A DNA stretch of 47,304 nucleotides. Source: an uncultured Planctomycetaceae bacterium (lineage in GTDB: Bacteria; Planctomycetota; Planctomycetia; Pirellulales; Thermoguttaceae). Numbering within the stretch: the first letter of the stretch is position 1; each line of letters starts with the position of its first letter. The translations under genes were made by a program, and so were the position numbers. The stretch spans positions 1 to 47,304 of the forward strand of contig CAZNVM010000142.1 in the NCBI GenBank assembly GCA_964576215.1, written 5' to 3'. The notes beneath the pieces are model-generated. The model worked only from the letters and a program-made list of their open reading frames with translations, was not told where the DNA came from and did no database searches. This document shows positions 34,947 through 44,162 of the stretch, piece after piece.

Positions 34947-36424
34947 TTACTTCCGCCGTCGAGCAACGAAACCTGCGCCGATTGCGCCGAGGCCGAGCAC
35001 CAGTAGCGTTGCCGGTTCCGGGGTCGTGCTGGGATCGTCGCCGAGGTACGAAAGCGTCAACACGTTACCGTTCCACGTCCATTCAAAACCGGTCTCCTCG
35101 AAACTGGACATGTTAAAATCGAAATTCCCCCAGCCGCTCGTTTTGCCTGTGGCGAGGAACAAATCGGACATATCGTACACTTGACTCCATCCGTCCAGCG
35201 GTGTCACCGAATCGCCCCAGTACAAATCGAGCGCGGCCTTGTTGCCGAACGTGAGATTGCCGAGAACGGAAATGATACCAGAGGTGAAATCTTCGAGACC
35301 GAGGCCAACGTACATCGTGCCGTTGAACGTAACTCCCTGTGCCGCCGCGAGTTCCAGTACGCCGCCGCTGTTGATTCCGACGTTACCGTTCACCGTGATC
35401 GTGTTCGCTTGAATTTTATTCGTGCTGGCATCGGTCAAAAGCGTTGCCCATTGGCCAAGCGTGAAAGTACCAACGTCGTTAGCGGCACCGTAGACAACGT
35501 TGCCTCTCAACTGTAGTTCGCCGTAACCGACGGTGGTGTTTAGAACTTGACTGTAACGATCAACGTCTCGAGTATAGTCGGAACCATCGAACACGACTCT
35601 GCCGGTGTCCGTTGCCCGATTGTTGATTTGTACATAGTTTTGACCCATTACAATCGGATCATAGAAGTAAATGCTCTGTCCTTCTCCAGCATTAAATACT
35701 GTATTGTAGTATCCAGCAAATTCCGCGTGGATGGCATTGGCTTTTTCATTAGCGGTGCCGACTCTATCTCTGTTTCCTCGGAATGTAATATCGCCGTTTG
35801 TTGCCATGAGGACGACTTGTCCTTCATCGGTGTAAATCGCCCCGCCTAGGCCGTTTGTCGAATTATTGGTAAACGTGTTTGTTCCGCCCGAAAGTACAAC
35901 GTGGTAACTTCCAATCGCCCCGCCACCGTACCGCGCTGAATTGCCGGTAAATGTGTTCGTCCCGCCGGAAAGAGTGAGATAGGTGCTGCTTGCAATCGCC
36001 CCGCCCATGCCGTTTGCCGAGTTATTGGTAAACGTGTTTGTTCCGCCCGAAAGTACAACATTGTTACCGCAAAACACCCCGCCATCATCATTCCATTGAA
36101 AATTTCTGAACTCTAGTGAATTGGAGTCCAACGTAATGTTTCCTGAACTGTACATAATGTTGGAATTAGAAGCGGCAGGGCGGATGACTCCCGAACCTTT
36201 GAAGGTAAGTGAGGCAACACCAAACCTACGGGTCAGCGAATTGTCATCGCCGTTCAAGATGATGGTGTCGCCACTTTGGAGAACTCCTGTTGCCGTGCGG
36301 AGAGCTTCAAGATTTGCGTAAGAACCACCGGGGCCGACGGTGTATTCGGCGGCTGTTAAGATCGGGGGGGGGGGGAAAATAGGCAAGCTGCGGCGATTGC
36401 CAGCAGAAGTCGTTTGGTTGTCAT
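34947..36424 (-). CDS. PEP-CTERM-anchored protein with Pmp-type (GGAI / FxxN) repeats; reading frame interrupted at a G12 tract
   Basis: Body ORF 34947-36386 has FTNNSANGMGGAI, FTGNSARYGGGAI and FTNNSTNGLGGAI, with C-terminal PEPATLLVLGLGAIGAGFVARRRK. A signal-peptide ORF (ATG at 36424, MTTKRLLLAIAAACLFSPPP) runs into the homopolymer in another frame. One extra G would fuse the two. Confidence 0.8.
36364..36375. repeat. homopolymeric G12 (C12 on coding strand) tract
   Basis: Counted directly: atc + 12 g + aaaat. Confidence 0.95.
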
Positions 36425-36485
36425 CTTGGTGTTTCTTCCTTCCGGTCGTCGGAGAAAAGGGTTGTGGGTCGGTCCGTCACAGAGC

Positions 36486-36531
36486 CGCAATCGTGAGATT
36501 GCGTTGGTTTTCGCGCAATCTCACGATTGCG
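36486..36531. promoter_or_regulatory. paired 18-bp palindromes CGCAATC-N4-GATTGCG upstream of the Pmp/PEP-CTERM gene (candidate operator or 5' hairpin)
   Basis: cgcaatcgtgagattgcg (36486-36503) and cgcaatctcacgattgcg (36514-36531) are exact reverse complements of each other, and each is itself a 7-4-7 palindrome. They lie 62-107 nt upstream of the ATG at 36424. Confidence 0.5.
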
Positions 36532-36664
36532 TCTCTGTTTTCGGGCTGGCGGTGCTCTTTTCCCTCGAAAACGCTTCGAGGACACACCACCGTTAATTCT
36601 ATTTTAATCGGAACCGAAAAAAAATCAAGGGAAAAATCGGAAAAATTTCGCTAATTGGCGGAAC

Positions 36665-36760
36665 GCACAATCAGAGCCATACAATCAGAGCCGCGCACGC
36701 AGTAAGCGGTGACCCCGGTGGTAACGTGAAAACCGCTTACTGCGTGCGCGGCTCTGATTG
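36665..36760. repeat. palindromic element copy 4
   Basis: cacaatcagagccat + acaatcagagccgcgcacGCagtaagcggt (36681-36710), loop gaccccggtggtaacgtgaaa, accgcttactGCgtgcgcggctctgattg (36732-36760). Confidence 0.9.
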
Positions 36761-36819
36761 GGCGCGGTTCGTTGAGGTTCACGTAATCGATCAGACGCGA
36801 CCGCCGGGGCGTCGGTTGC

Positions 36820-38877
36820 CTACCTGCCGAGGTAAACGCAGAGCGAGTGAGGGCACATCTTGAACGGTGTCCGTAAATTCGGAGTCGGACCATCGTATTC
36901 CGGGTAAATGTCTTCCGGAAACGCCGCTTCCGTATTGATGAATTGACGCCACTGGAAATTTTGGCAGACGGCGGGAAAATAAAACTCTCGTGCTTCCGGT
37001 CCGGCGTGAGCGAAAATCAAAATGTGATAACCGTTCGGCCTAAGATATTTCGGAATCCCGGCCAACAGACAAACCAGACTACGCTCCCAGCCGTTGTTCC
37101 AATTGACGTGTCCACCAAGCGGTCCGAACCAACTGATGTCCGGCAGTTCGCCCGACTGACGCGGTTGGCCGGTCAGATAATGCTTTTGCCGAACAATCGT
37201 CTGTTCGCGTCGAAAATGGATCAAGGTCTGCACAAACCGTCGCAGATCGTCGTTTTTCTGCGCCAAATCCCAATCGAACCAGGAAATTTCGTTGTCCTGA
37301 CAATACGCATTATTGTTGCCCCGCTGCGTTCGCCGGATTTCGTCCCCGGCGGCAAGCATCGGAACCCCTTGACTGAGCAGAAGCGTCGTCAGCATGTTTT
37401 TAATCTGCCGAAGCCGGACCGCCTCAATTTCCACGTTTTTCGTCGGACCTTCGACTCCGTAGTTGTTGCTGAAATTGCTGTTGTCCCCGTCGCGGTTCCC
37501 TTCGCCGTTCTCCTCGTTGTGCTTGTAATTGTACGAAACAAGATCGTTGAGCGTGAAACCGTCGTGAGACGTAACAAAGTTGATACTGCAATACGGATCC
37601 CGACCACTGTGAGCGTACAAGTCGCTTGAACCGGCCAATCGGGTCGCCAACGCCCCGGTCATGTACGGATCGCTGCGCCAAAACCGCCGTACATCGTCGC
37701 GGTACTTGCCGTTCCACTCCGCCCAGCGTTTCGAACCATATCCGAACGATCCGACCTGGTACGCTCCGGCGGCGTCCCACGCTTCGGCAATGATTTTCGT
37801 GTCGGACAAAAGCGGGTCTTCCGAAATGATTTCGATCAACGGCGGATTTGCCAGGAGATTTCCCGTCTGGTCCCGGGAAAGAATCGACGCCAAATCAAAC
37901 CGGAAACCGTCGATATGGTAGTTGTGAACCCAGTGTCGCAAACAGTTAAAGATCAATTCACGAACAATCGGATGGTTTCCGTTGACCGTATTACCGCAAC
38001 CGGTGTAATTTTTGTAATGAAAACCGTTTTCAAGCATGTAGTAAACGCTGTTTTCCAATCCTTTGAAGCTGAGCGTCGGGCCTAACTCGTTTCCTTCGCA
38101 GGTGTGATTGAACACGACGTCGAGGATCACTTCGATTCCGGCTTGGTGGAACGCACGGACCATTTCCTTGAATTCCCGGACCTGCGCCCCGGGATCGGTT
38201 CCATAAGCGTATCCCCGGTGTGGAGAGAAAAACGCCAGCGAATTGTAGCCCCAGTAATTCGGGATGAGCGGCTTCGTGCCGTTGACTTCCGTGTCGAGAA
38301 ACTCATGGACCGGCATAAGTTCGACGGCGGTTATTCCGAGGGACTGCAAATACGGGATTTTTTCGATCAAGCCAAGATACGTTCCCGGATGCCTGACGCC
38401 GCTGGTTGGGGAATTCGTGAACCCGCGAACGTGCAATTCGTAAATGACCGTTTCGGAAAGATCACGGCGGATATGCCGGTCGTCGCGCCAATCGAAATCG
38501 TCGTCGTCGATCACGACGCACTTCGGCGGACGAATGATGCCGTCGGAAGAGGGTTGAAAACTTCCGGTGAGTGCTTTGGCATACGGATCAATCAATCGGG
38601 CGTGTCCGTTGAAACGGTGTCCCTGCTGCGGTTCGAACGGACCGCTCGCTTGCAAATGGTAAAGCTGTTTCGCACTGACACCGGGCACGAAAATGCTCCA
38701 AACGTCTCCCCAACGATTTTCTTCGGGCTTGAAATGAATGATTTCACTCGGTTCGGTATCTTCCGTGCGGTCGTAAAGCAGGAGCCGCATTGCCGTTGCG
38801 TTGCGGCTGACGACGACGAATTGGACGCCGGTTTCCTGCAAAATCGCCCCGTACGGAAGCGGATGCGTAAACTTCAT
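36820..38877 (-). CDS. glgX: glycogen debranching enzyme (GH13, GlgX-type)
   Basis: GH13 conserved regions (DVVFNHT, GFRFDLAS, EAWD, FVTSHDGFTLND) and an N-terminal CBM48-like domain. The start is taken at the ATG at 38877 (MKFTHPLPYGAILQETGVQFVV), while the track ORF reaches 38967. Confidence 0.9.
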   Translation of the reverse strand: MKFTHPLPYGAILQETGVQFVVVSRNATAMRLLLYDRTEDTEPSEIIHFKPEENRWGDVWSIFVPGVSAKQLYHLQASGPFEPQQGHRFNGHARLIDPYAKALTGSFQPSSDGIIRPPKCVVIDDDDFDWRDDRHIRRDLSETVIYELHVRGFTNSPTSGVRHPGTYLGLIEKIPYLQSLGITAVELMPVHEFLDTEVNGTKPLIPNYWGYNSLAFFSPHRGYAYGTDPGAQVREFKEMVRAFHQAGIEVILDVVFNHTCEGNELGPTLSFKGLENSVYYMLENGFHYKNYTGCGNTVNGNHPIVRELIFNCLRHWVHNYHIDGFRFDLASILSRDQTGNLLANPPLIEIISEDPLLSDTKIIAEAWDAAGAYQVGSFGYGSKRWAEWNGKYRDDVRRFWRSDPYMTGALATRLAGSSDLYAHSGRDPYCSINFVTSHDGFTLNDLVSYNYKHNEENGEGNRDGDNSNFSNNYGVEGPTKNVEIEAVRLRQIKNMLTTLLLSQGVPMLAAGDEIRRTQRGNNNAYCQDNEISWFDWDLAQKNDDLRRFVQTLIHFRREQTIVRQKHYLTGQPRQSGELPDISWFGPLGGHVNWNNGWERSLVCLLAGIPKYLRPNGYHILIFAHAGPEAREFYFPAVCQNFQWRQFINTEAAFPEDIYPEYDGPTPNLRTPFKMCPHSLCVYLGR

Positions 38878-39061
38878 CGCCGGAGGGCGATCAAACACGC
38901 CGGACCGTTGAAGCGGTGAGCCGGGAAAACAAGGGACAGTGGGCGGATTTCCTTCCGTAATGCGCATAACGAAATATCGGTTCTTCCTGGAAAAAACAAA
39001 CGTCCCTCCATTCTACCTTATTTTTGGACTTTCGCTAGAGACAGATTCTGTCCGTTCAGAA

Positions 39062-39143
39062 GGTAACGTGAAAACCGCTTACTGCGTGCGCGGCTCTGAT
39101 TGTACGCGGCTCTGATTGTACGCGGCTCTGATTGGGTTCACGG
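39062..39143. repeat. palindromic element copy 5 (half element: loop plus right arm, terminal 15-mer triplicated)
   Basis: ggtaacgtgaaa accgcttactgcgtgcgcggctctgattg tacgcggctctgattg tacgcggctctgattg ggttcacgg. No left arm is present. A further degenerate unit lies at about 39180-39200. Confidence 0.85.
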
Positions 39144-39245
39144 ATAGCAAAACCGACACAATCGTTAAAATCGCCCGCTCCGTGCGTGGTTCCGATTACA
39201 AACGTGGAGCGGTTTACTAGGAAATTTGTTCGTTTTTTTCCATTT

Positions 39246-39274
39246 TTGACTTTTTTCGGGAACCCTTTTAGAGT
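39246..39274 (+). promoter_or_regulatory. candidate sigma70-type promoter (TTGACT-N17-TAGAGT)
   Basis: TTGACT at 39246-39251 and TAGAGT at 39269-39274, about 115 nt upstream of the ATG at 39390. Confidence 0.3.
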
Positions 39275-39389
39275 AAAATAGAACTAACAGACTAAGGGAT
39301 TTTTGCGTTTGCTCGAATTGGGTGATGGATCATGTCGGCTCAACGGCAATTTGTCGGCGACTTTGCGTCGCCCGTTTCCCCCTCTCCCC

Positions 39390-42300
39390 ATGGTCAGAAA
39401 ATATCGAACATTACATCTTGAAACTCTTGAAGCCCGGGAGGTGCTTGCTACCAATCCGTTGGTGAGCGTCCCGGAATCGGTGGCGCAACTTGCCCAGTAT
39501 GCCATTTCCGGTCCTACGCCGGAAGAGCAGGAAATGCTCGAACTCATCAACCGGATGCGAATTGATCCGCAGGGGGAACTCGACCGCCTTATCAAAAGTT
39601 TTTCCCCTCTCCAGGCGTGGGATTCCGAAGTATCGAAAGCACTCTCGATTTATCCCTATCCGACCGCTCAAAACCTCATCAGCGAGTGGGCCTCGCTGAC
39701 TCCGGCCGCTCCTTTGGCGTGGAATCTAAACCTTTACGTCGCCGCAACGAACCATTCGCTACAAATGATCCAGGCGGGGAAACAATCGCATCAGCTTCCC
39801 GGCGAGCCGTCGCTCTACGACCGAATCCTCGACGCCGGTTACGACCCTTCGCTCAAGCCCGGTGGGTCTGAAGGGGAGGCAATCGTTTGTGCGTCTGAAA
39901 ATGTTTACGCCTACGGACGGCCTGCCAGAAACGGATTCTCGGCGGCCTCCTTCACCCACGCCGCTTTTGCGCTCGATTGGGGAGTTCCTTCGCATTCCCA
40001 TCGCGACAACATCATGAGTTCCGCCTTTACGGAAGTCGGAATCTCGATGATCCGCGAAACGAACCCGTTGACGGAAATCGGGGAATGGGTTACGACCATC
40101 GATTTTGCCGCTCCGAGCTCCTCGCTGACCGGGAGCGGAGCGTATCTGCTTGGCGTTGTCTACAACGATCTCAATCGTTCCGGTTATTACGAAGCGGGCG
40201 AAGGAATTTCCAGTGCGACCGTTACCGTGATTCCGAACAATTCGGAATCGGAAACGTTCCAATTCAACCCGTATCAAGCGGGCGGTTATCAGGTCTTTCT
40301 CGACAACGGACTTTACACCGTTACCGTAACCGGTCCCGATTTTTCCGGCACAATTGTCAAACAGGTCGTGATTCAGGGCCAAAACGTCAAGATCGATTTC
40401 ACCGTGCAGGACATCAGCACCCAACCGCCGGTTCTCGATCTCAACGGCCCCGACGAGGCGGGAATCGACCACCACACGCAGTTTTTTGAAAACGGTTCCC
40501 CTTGTTTGCTCGTTTCTTCTGCGGCAACGCTGACGGACGAGGATAGTCGTTTCCTGGCCTGGGCAGAGATTACGCTGGAAAGCCGTCCCAATGGATTGAA
40601 CGAATTTCTTTTCGTCGAGACTTCTCGAACCGGTTTGAAATCGACTTACGATGCCGGGACCGGCAAGATGTTGATTTTCGGCGACGCTTCCGTCGGAGAT
40701 TATTTGGCCGTTTTGAAAACGCTGGAATACGGCAATGCGTCTGAAAAAGCGGACCTGAGCGACCGGGTCATCAGCTTCGTCGTTTCCGACGGCGTCAACA
40801 CTAGCGAAATCGCCCGGTCTTACGTCAGTGTGCGGCAGCAAACGTTGGAAACGTTGACCGTCTCCGACGTTCAAATCGAAGAAGGGGATGAGGGAACGAC
40901 CGAAATGGTCTTCCAGTTTGTTCTTTCAGACATTTCCCGCGACGAGGTTTACGTCGAATACGAGCTTGTCGATGGTACCGCCGTTCTCGGAACGCATTAT
41001 TTCGGCGACAGAACCGGGATACTCCATTTCATCGGCAGTCAAACGGTTCAGACGGTTCGCGTCGAAGTTCCCGGCGATTACGAACCTGGCGAAAACCTCT
41101 ATTTTACGCTCAACATCATCGGGATCACCGGGGCTGTGTGCGGTAACACCACGGCAACGGGCACCATTTTGGACGATGACACCCCGACGGAACTGGGAAC
41201 GGCGAAAAGCTGGTCGGTTGAAGATTTGGATCTGACCGACGGCCGCCGTCGGCTTTACTCGTTCACGCCGACAAAATCGGAAACGGTCGTTTGGGACGCG
41301 GTTCTTGCCCAGGGTGGTCTAGGCGAGTTGACAATGCAGCTTTACAAAACCAACCATGCCGGGCAACCGCTCACGGAAGTGGTCGAGTTTCTGGAACACG
41401 GTTGGCTCAACTGGGAAGTGGAGCAGGGAGAAACCTACGTCCTGCTGATTCGGGGAAATGTCGTACTGGAATCGCTGAGCATGGTTTATTCCCCGTTTGT
41501 TTTCGACAAGGAAACCGGAATTCCCAGCCTCGAATTGGACCCGAATCGAGACGACGTTGTTTCGATTGATTACCGGAACAATATCCTTTTGTATAACGGT
41601 GTCGAATTGCCGATTCGTTTTGCCGATTACGGGGGTTTTCAGTTCCGCAATGTCGCGCCGAACCACCTGTTGGAAATCATCGTGTCCGGTGTGGAAGTGT
41701 TTGAACTGGATTTGGAAAATCCGGCGATTCCCGAGGACGATGGTATCAATATCGACGACTTTGTGCAATACAAGTACGTGGTGAGCAGCCCCTCAACCGC
41801 GATTCGCTTGTACGGAACGGCGGGGGACGACTTGTTCGTTTTCGAAAACGGAGTCGCCGAATTGACGACTTCGACGAACAAAACGTACACCGTCAAAGGA
41901 AATTTCTTCGAGGTTTACGGCAACGGCGGTCGTGATCAGGCATTGATTTTTGATACGATTTACGACGACTCCGTTTATTTCGAGAGCGGCAAGGCTGTTT
42001 TTGTCGGCGGCGGCGACACCGGGTTCAACATCACCGTATTGGATTTCGCCCGGGTCGACGTTTCCTCCCTCTACGGCGGTCGTGATACCGCTTATATTGT
42101 CAACACGTACAATAATGTTCTTGACCTCGACCAATGGTTGATTCGCAGAACGGAATACAATTCGACAAGCGACCGAAACGACGTTTATTGCACTTGGGGA
42201 TTTACCGAAGCGAAGGTTTACGGTGATGGCGACCTCGGTTCCCCCGACGGGATCCATCTCCGGGGAGGGCAGGAACACGAATTGTATGTGCTACCCGGAC

Positions 42301-42731
42301 AAATCGTTTCAACAAATGCTTCCGGAACGTTTCGACACGAGTTTTACGGCTGTTCCGGTATTCGCTGGTTGGAAACATCCCGTAGCAATGAGACTTTGAC
42401 GATTCATTATGAAGGTGCTCAAGAGCCGGGGCGTCATGGAACGGAGACCAATAATATTCTTTACTTCTCCGGTCCACGAATCGTCATGATACCAAATTCG
42501 GTTGCGACGAATCTTTTCGTCAACGGAACTTTAACGGACATCAATTTGCTACCAGGCGGTTTCCACTTTCCGCAACCAGTCGCAGAACCGCAACCGGTAT
42601 TCGACCGTTTTCGTACGGATTCTTTTTTGAAAACGACGGGACTCTTTGAAGAAGAGGACGACTGGTTTGACATCGTGCCCAAGCCGCTGTCCATCGCGGA
42701 AATCGCACTCCTTTATGAGGATTGGGATTAG
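39390..42731 (+). CDS. large secreted multidomain protein: CAP/SCP (PR-1-like) domain, adhesin-type module, Calx-beta domain
   Basis: Start taken at MVRKYRTLHLETLEAREVLATNP, a leader motif common on planctomycete extracellular proteins. CAP motifs: LINRMRIDP, SENVYAYG, HSHRDNIMSSAFTEVGIS. Calx-beta: VSDVQIEEGDEGTTEMVFQFVL...YELVDGTAVLGTHY...FTLNI...GTILDDD. Confidence 0.8.
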   Translation: MVRKYRTLHLETLEAREVLATNPLVSVPESVAQLAQYAISGPTPEEQEMLELINRMRIDPQGELDRLIKSFSPLQAWDSEVSKALSIYPYPTAQNLISEWASLTPAAPLAWNLNLYVAATNHSLQMIQAGKQSHQLPGEPSLYDRILDAGYDPSLKPGGSEGEAIVCASENVYAYGRPARNGFSAASFTHAAFALDWGVPSHSHRDNIMSSAFTEVGISMIRETNPLTEIGEWVTTIDFAAPSSSLTGSGAYLLGVVYNDLNRSGYYEAGEGISSATVTVIPNNSESETFQFNPYQAGGYQVFLDNGLYTVTVTGPDFSGTIVKQVVIQGQNVKIDFTVQDISTQPPVLDLNGPDEAGIDHHTQFFENGSPCLLVSSAATLTDEDSRFLAWAEITLESRPNGLNEFLFVETSRTGLKSTYDAGTGKMLIFGDASVGDYLAVLKTLEYGNASEKADLSDRVISFVVSDGVNTSEIARSYVSVRQQTLETLTVSDVQIEEGDEGTTEMVFQFVLSDISRDEVYVEYELVDGTAVLGTHYFGDRTGILHFIGSQTVQTVRVEVPGDYEPGENLYFTLNIIGITGAVCGNTTATGTILDDDTPTELGTAKSWSVEDLDLTDGRRRLYSFTPTKSETVVWDAVLAQGGLGELTMQLYKTNHAGQPLTEVVEFLEHGWLNWEVEQGETYVLLIRGNVVLESLSMVYSPFVFDKETGIPSLELDPNRDDVVSIDYRNNILLYNGVELPIRFADYGGFQFRNVAPNHLLEIIVSGVEVFELDLENPAIPEDDGINIDDFVQYKYVVSSPSTAIRLYGTAGDDLFVFENGVAELTTSTNKTYTVKGNFFEVYGNGGRDQALIFDTIYDDSVYFESGKAVFVGGGDTGFNITVLDFARVDVSSLYGGRDTAYIVNTYNNVLDLDQWLIRRTEYNSTSDRNDVYCTWGFTEAKVYGDGDLGSPDGIHLRGGQEHELYVLPGQIVSTNASGTFRHEFYGCSGIRWLETSRSNETLTIHYEGAQEPGRHGTETNNILYFSGPRIVMIPNSVATNLFVNGTLTDINLLPGGFHFPQPVAEPQPVFDRFRTDSFLKTTGLFEEEDDWFDIVPKPLSIAEIALLYEDWD

Positions 42732-42760
42732 ACGGCGTGGCCGTTTTTTTTGGAAAAACC

Positions 42761-43594
42761 TCAGTTGCCGTTCCCTTCCGGCACGAACAGTTCGTTAAAA
42801 TCGCCGGAGTCGTAGAATTTTTGCGAGCCGTTTACGAGTTCGACCCAGCCCGGCGGCGAAGGGCGGTAAAAATGGTTCCAGCCGTACACCTGTCCGCCCG
42901 ATTTGATCGACCGTTCCCGAAAAACGTAACGGATTTGCCAGGTAAACGAGGAAGGCGTGTCATTTATGGTGTCATTCTTTCGGTACAACTTGTATGCGAC
43001 GGCCCCGTCAAACAACAGCGTTCCCGGTTCGCAGCCGAGAAACGCGACTTGATTCACCTTGCCCTGCAATTGCAAAATCGCCGTCCAGGGCGGACCGACG
43101 ACCTGGTTCCAGGTGACATGATGCTCCGTGTACGGAATTCTTTTGACGCCACTGAAATCACTTGGCAACGCCTGGCCCGGCAAGTCCGACCACTTCCAAC
43201 CGGTCAGCAAAAGGAGTTCCTCGGTCGCCCCAATTTCCATGCGGTACGTGATCCAACTCCCCGATGGCGTCACCGGAAGATCGTCGCGGTCGTTGTCGCT
43301 GACCGATTCATAGTAAACGGTCGATTTCAAAAACGAACCGCCGTAACCTGGAAGGTCCGTTGCGATATTTTGAACGGAATTCAACTCAATCGCGTCCGGC
43401 TCAAGCGGCTCCATCTTCAACCGGACCGCCGCCGTTTGGGCCTGACCCGGATAGGTCAACACCTCCGGCGAAGCGAGAACCAACTCGGTGAACTCCTGAC
43501 GTTTTTCCCAGGGAACGAGGAACACCCGTTCGGCGGAAAATCCGTTCCGATCATACAACTCTTTCGGCGAACCGCCAATCTCTTGAATCTTCAT
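42761..43594 (-). CDS. phage-associated structural protein candidate (unknown family; position fits a tail-tube or distal neck protein)
   Basis: 277-aa ORF, the last gene of the cluster. It is convergent with the CAP/Calx gene, with a 29-nt gap. No family is recognised by eye. Confidence 0.6.
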   Translation of the reverse strand: MKIQEIGGSPKELYDRNGFSAERVFLVPWEKRQEFTELVLASPEVLTYPGQAQTAAVRLKMEPLEPDAIELNSVQNIATDLPGYGGSFLKSTVYYESVSDNDRDDLPVTPSGSWITYRMEIGATEELLLLTGWKWSDLPGQALPSDFSGVKRIPYTEHHVTWNQVVGPPWTAILQLQGKVNQVAFLGCEPGTLLFDGAVAYKLYRKNDTINDTPSSFTWQIRYVFRERSIKSGGQVYGWNHFYRPSPPGWVELVNGSQKFYDSGDFNELFVPEGNGN

Positions 43595-43596
43595 TT

Positions 43597-43679
43597 GAAT
43601 TACGAGTCAATTACGAATTACGAATTACGGAATAGATGTCAGATTGCAGGATTCTGCCGTCTGCTGTCTGCCGTCTGCC
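43597..43679. repeat. heptamer runs (AATTACG units, then CTGCCGT/CTGCTGT units)
   Basis: gaattacgagtcaattacgaattacgaattacgg ... ctgccgtctgctgtctgccgtctgcc. Confidence 0.85.
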
Positions 43680-43682
43680 TCC

Positions 43683-44066
43683 TTACCCCACCATACAACG
43701 GAACACCGCTGTCAATGTCCAGTGCATTTCGCCTTGGCGTTTGTGGTGTCTCGAGGTGTAACGAAAAATGAGCATTCCGCCTGCTTCCATTGGGATTCGA
43801 ACTCCGTTCAAGCCGCAGATGAGCTGTTCAAGCAGTTCCGTTGCGGCGTCATAGCAACAGTGATGCAGTTCGAGTCTGCACGTAAACACGGCTGGGGGAA
43901 ACGGTCCGGTCGTTGGCCAGGACGCTTTGCTTTCGTCCTGAAAAACCTTGACAAACGGCATGTCCGCGTCGGCCTCAGCCCCGGCAAAAACGCTTGAATA
44001 TGGTACAATATCATAAAGCGAAGCGTGTGACGCCCAATAGTTCAACAGGAGTTCTTCAAATGACAT
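43683..44066 (-). CDS. phage neck or tail-terminator-like protein (DUF3168-like, inference)
   Basis: The start is taken at the ATG at 44066 (MSFEELLLNYWASHASLYDIVPYSSVFAG...MPFVKV...). The 36 N-terminal codons of the track ORF are translated repeat units. Confidence 0.55.
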   Translation of the reverse strand: MSFEELLLNYWASHASLYDIVPYSSVFAGAEADADMPFVKVFQDESKASWPTTGPFPPAVFTCRLELHHCCYDAATELLEQLICGLNGVRIPMEAGGMLIFRYTSRHHKRQGEMHWTLTAVFRCMVG

Positions 44067-44069
44067 GGA

Positions 44070-44162
44070 TTCAGGGGATAAGTGATAAGTAAAGACGGCA
44101 GACAGAAGACGGCAGTTTGCAGGAACTCTGCTACCTGCCGTCTGCTGTCTGCCGACTGCCGA
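44070..44162. repeat. heptamer-repeat hairpin (GATAAGT units plus GACGGCA/GACAGAA units)
   Basis: ggggataagtgataagt aaagacggcagacagaagacggcag tttgcaggaactctgctac ctgccgtctgctgtctgccgactgccgac. Confidence 0.9.

Noticed and set aside
34925-34948. Possible intrinsic terminator (cccgc-loop-gcggg-TTTT) between the convergent squalene synthase and PEP-CTERM genes
   Set aside because: The stem is only 5 bp and it overlaps the stop codon of the minus-strand gene. This is too weak to call.
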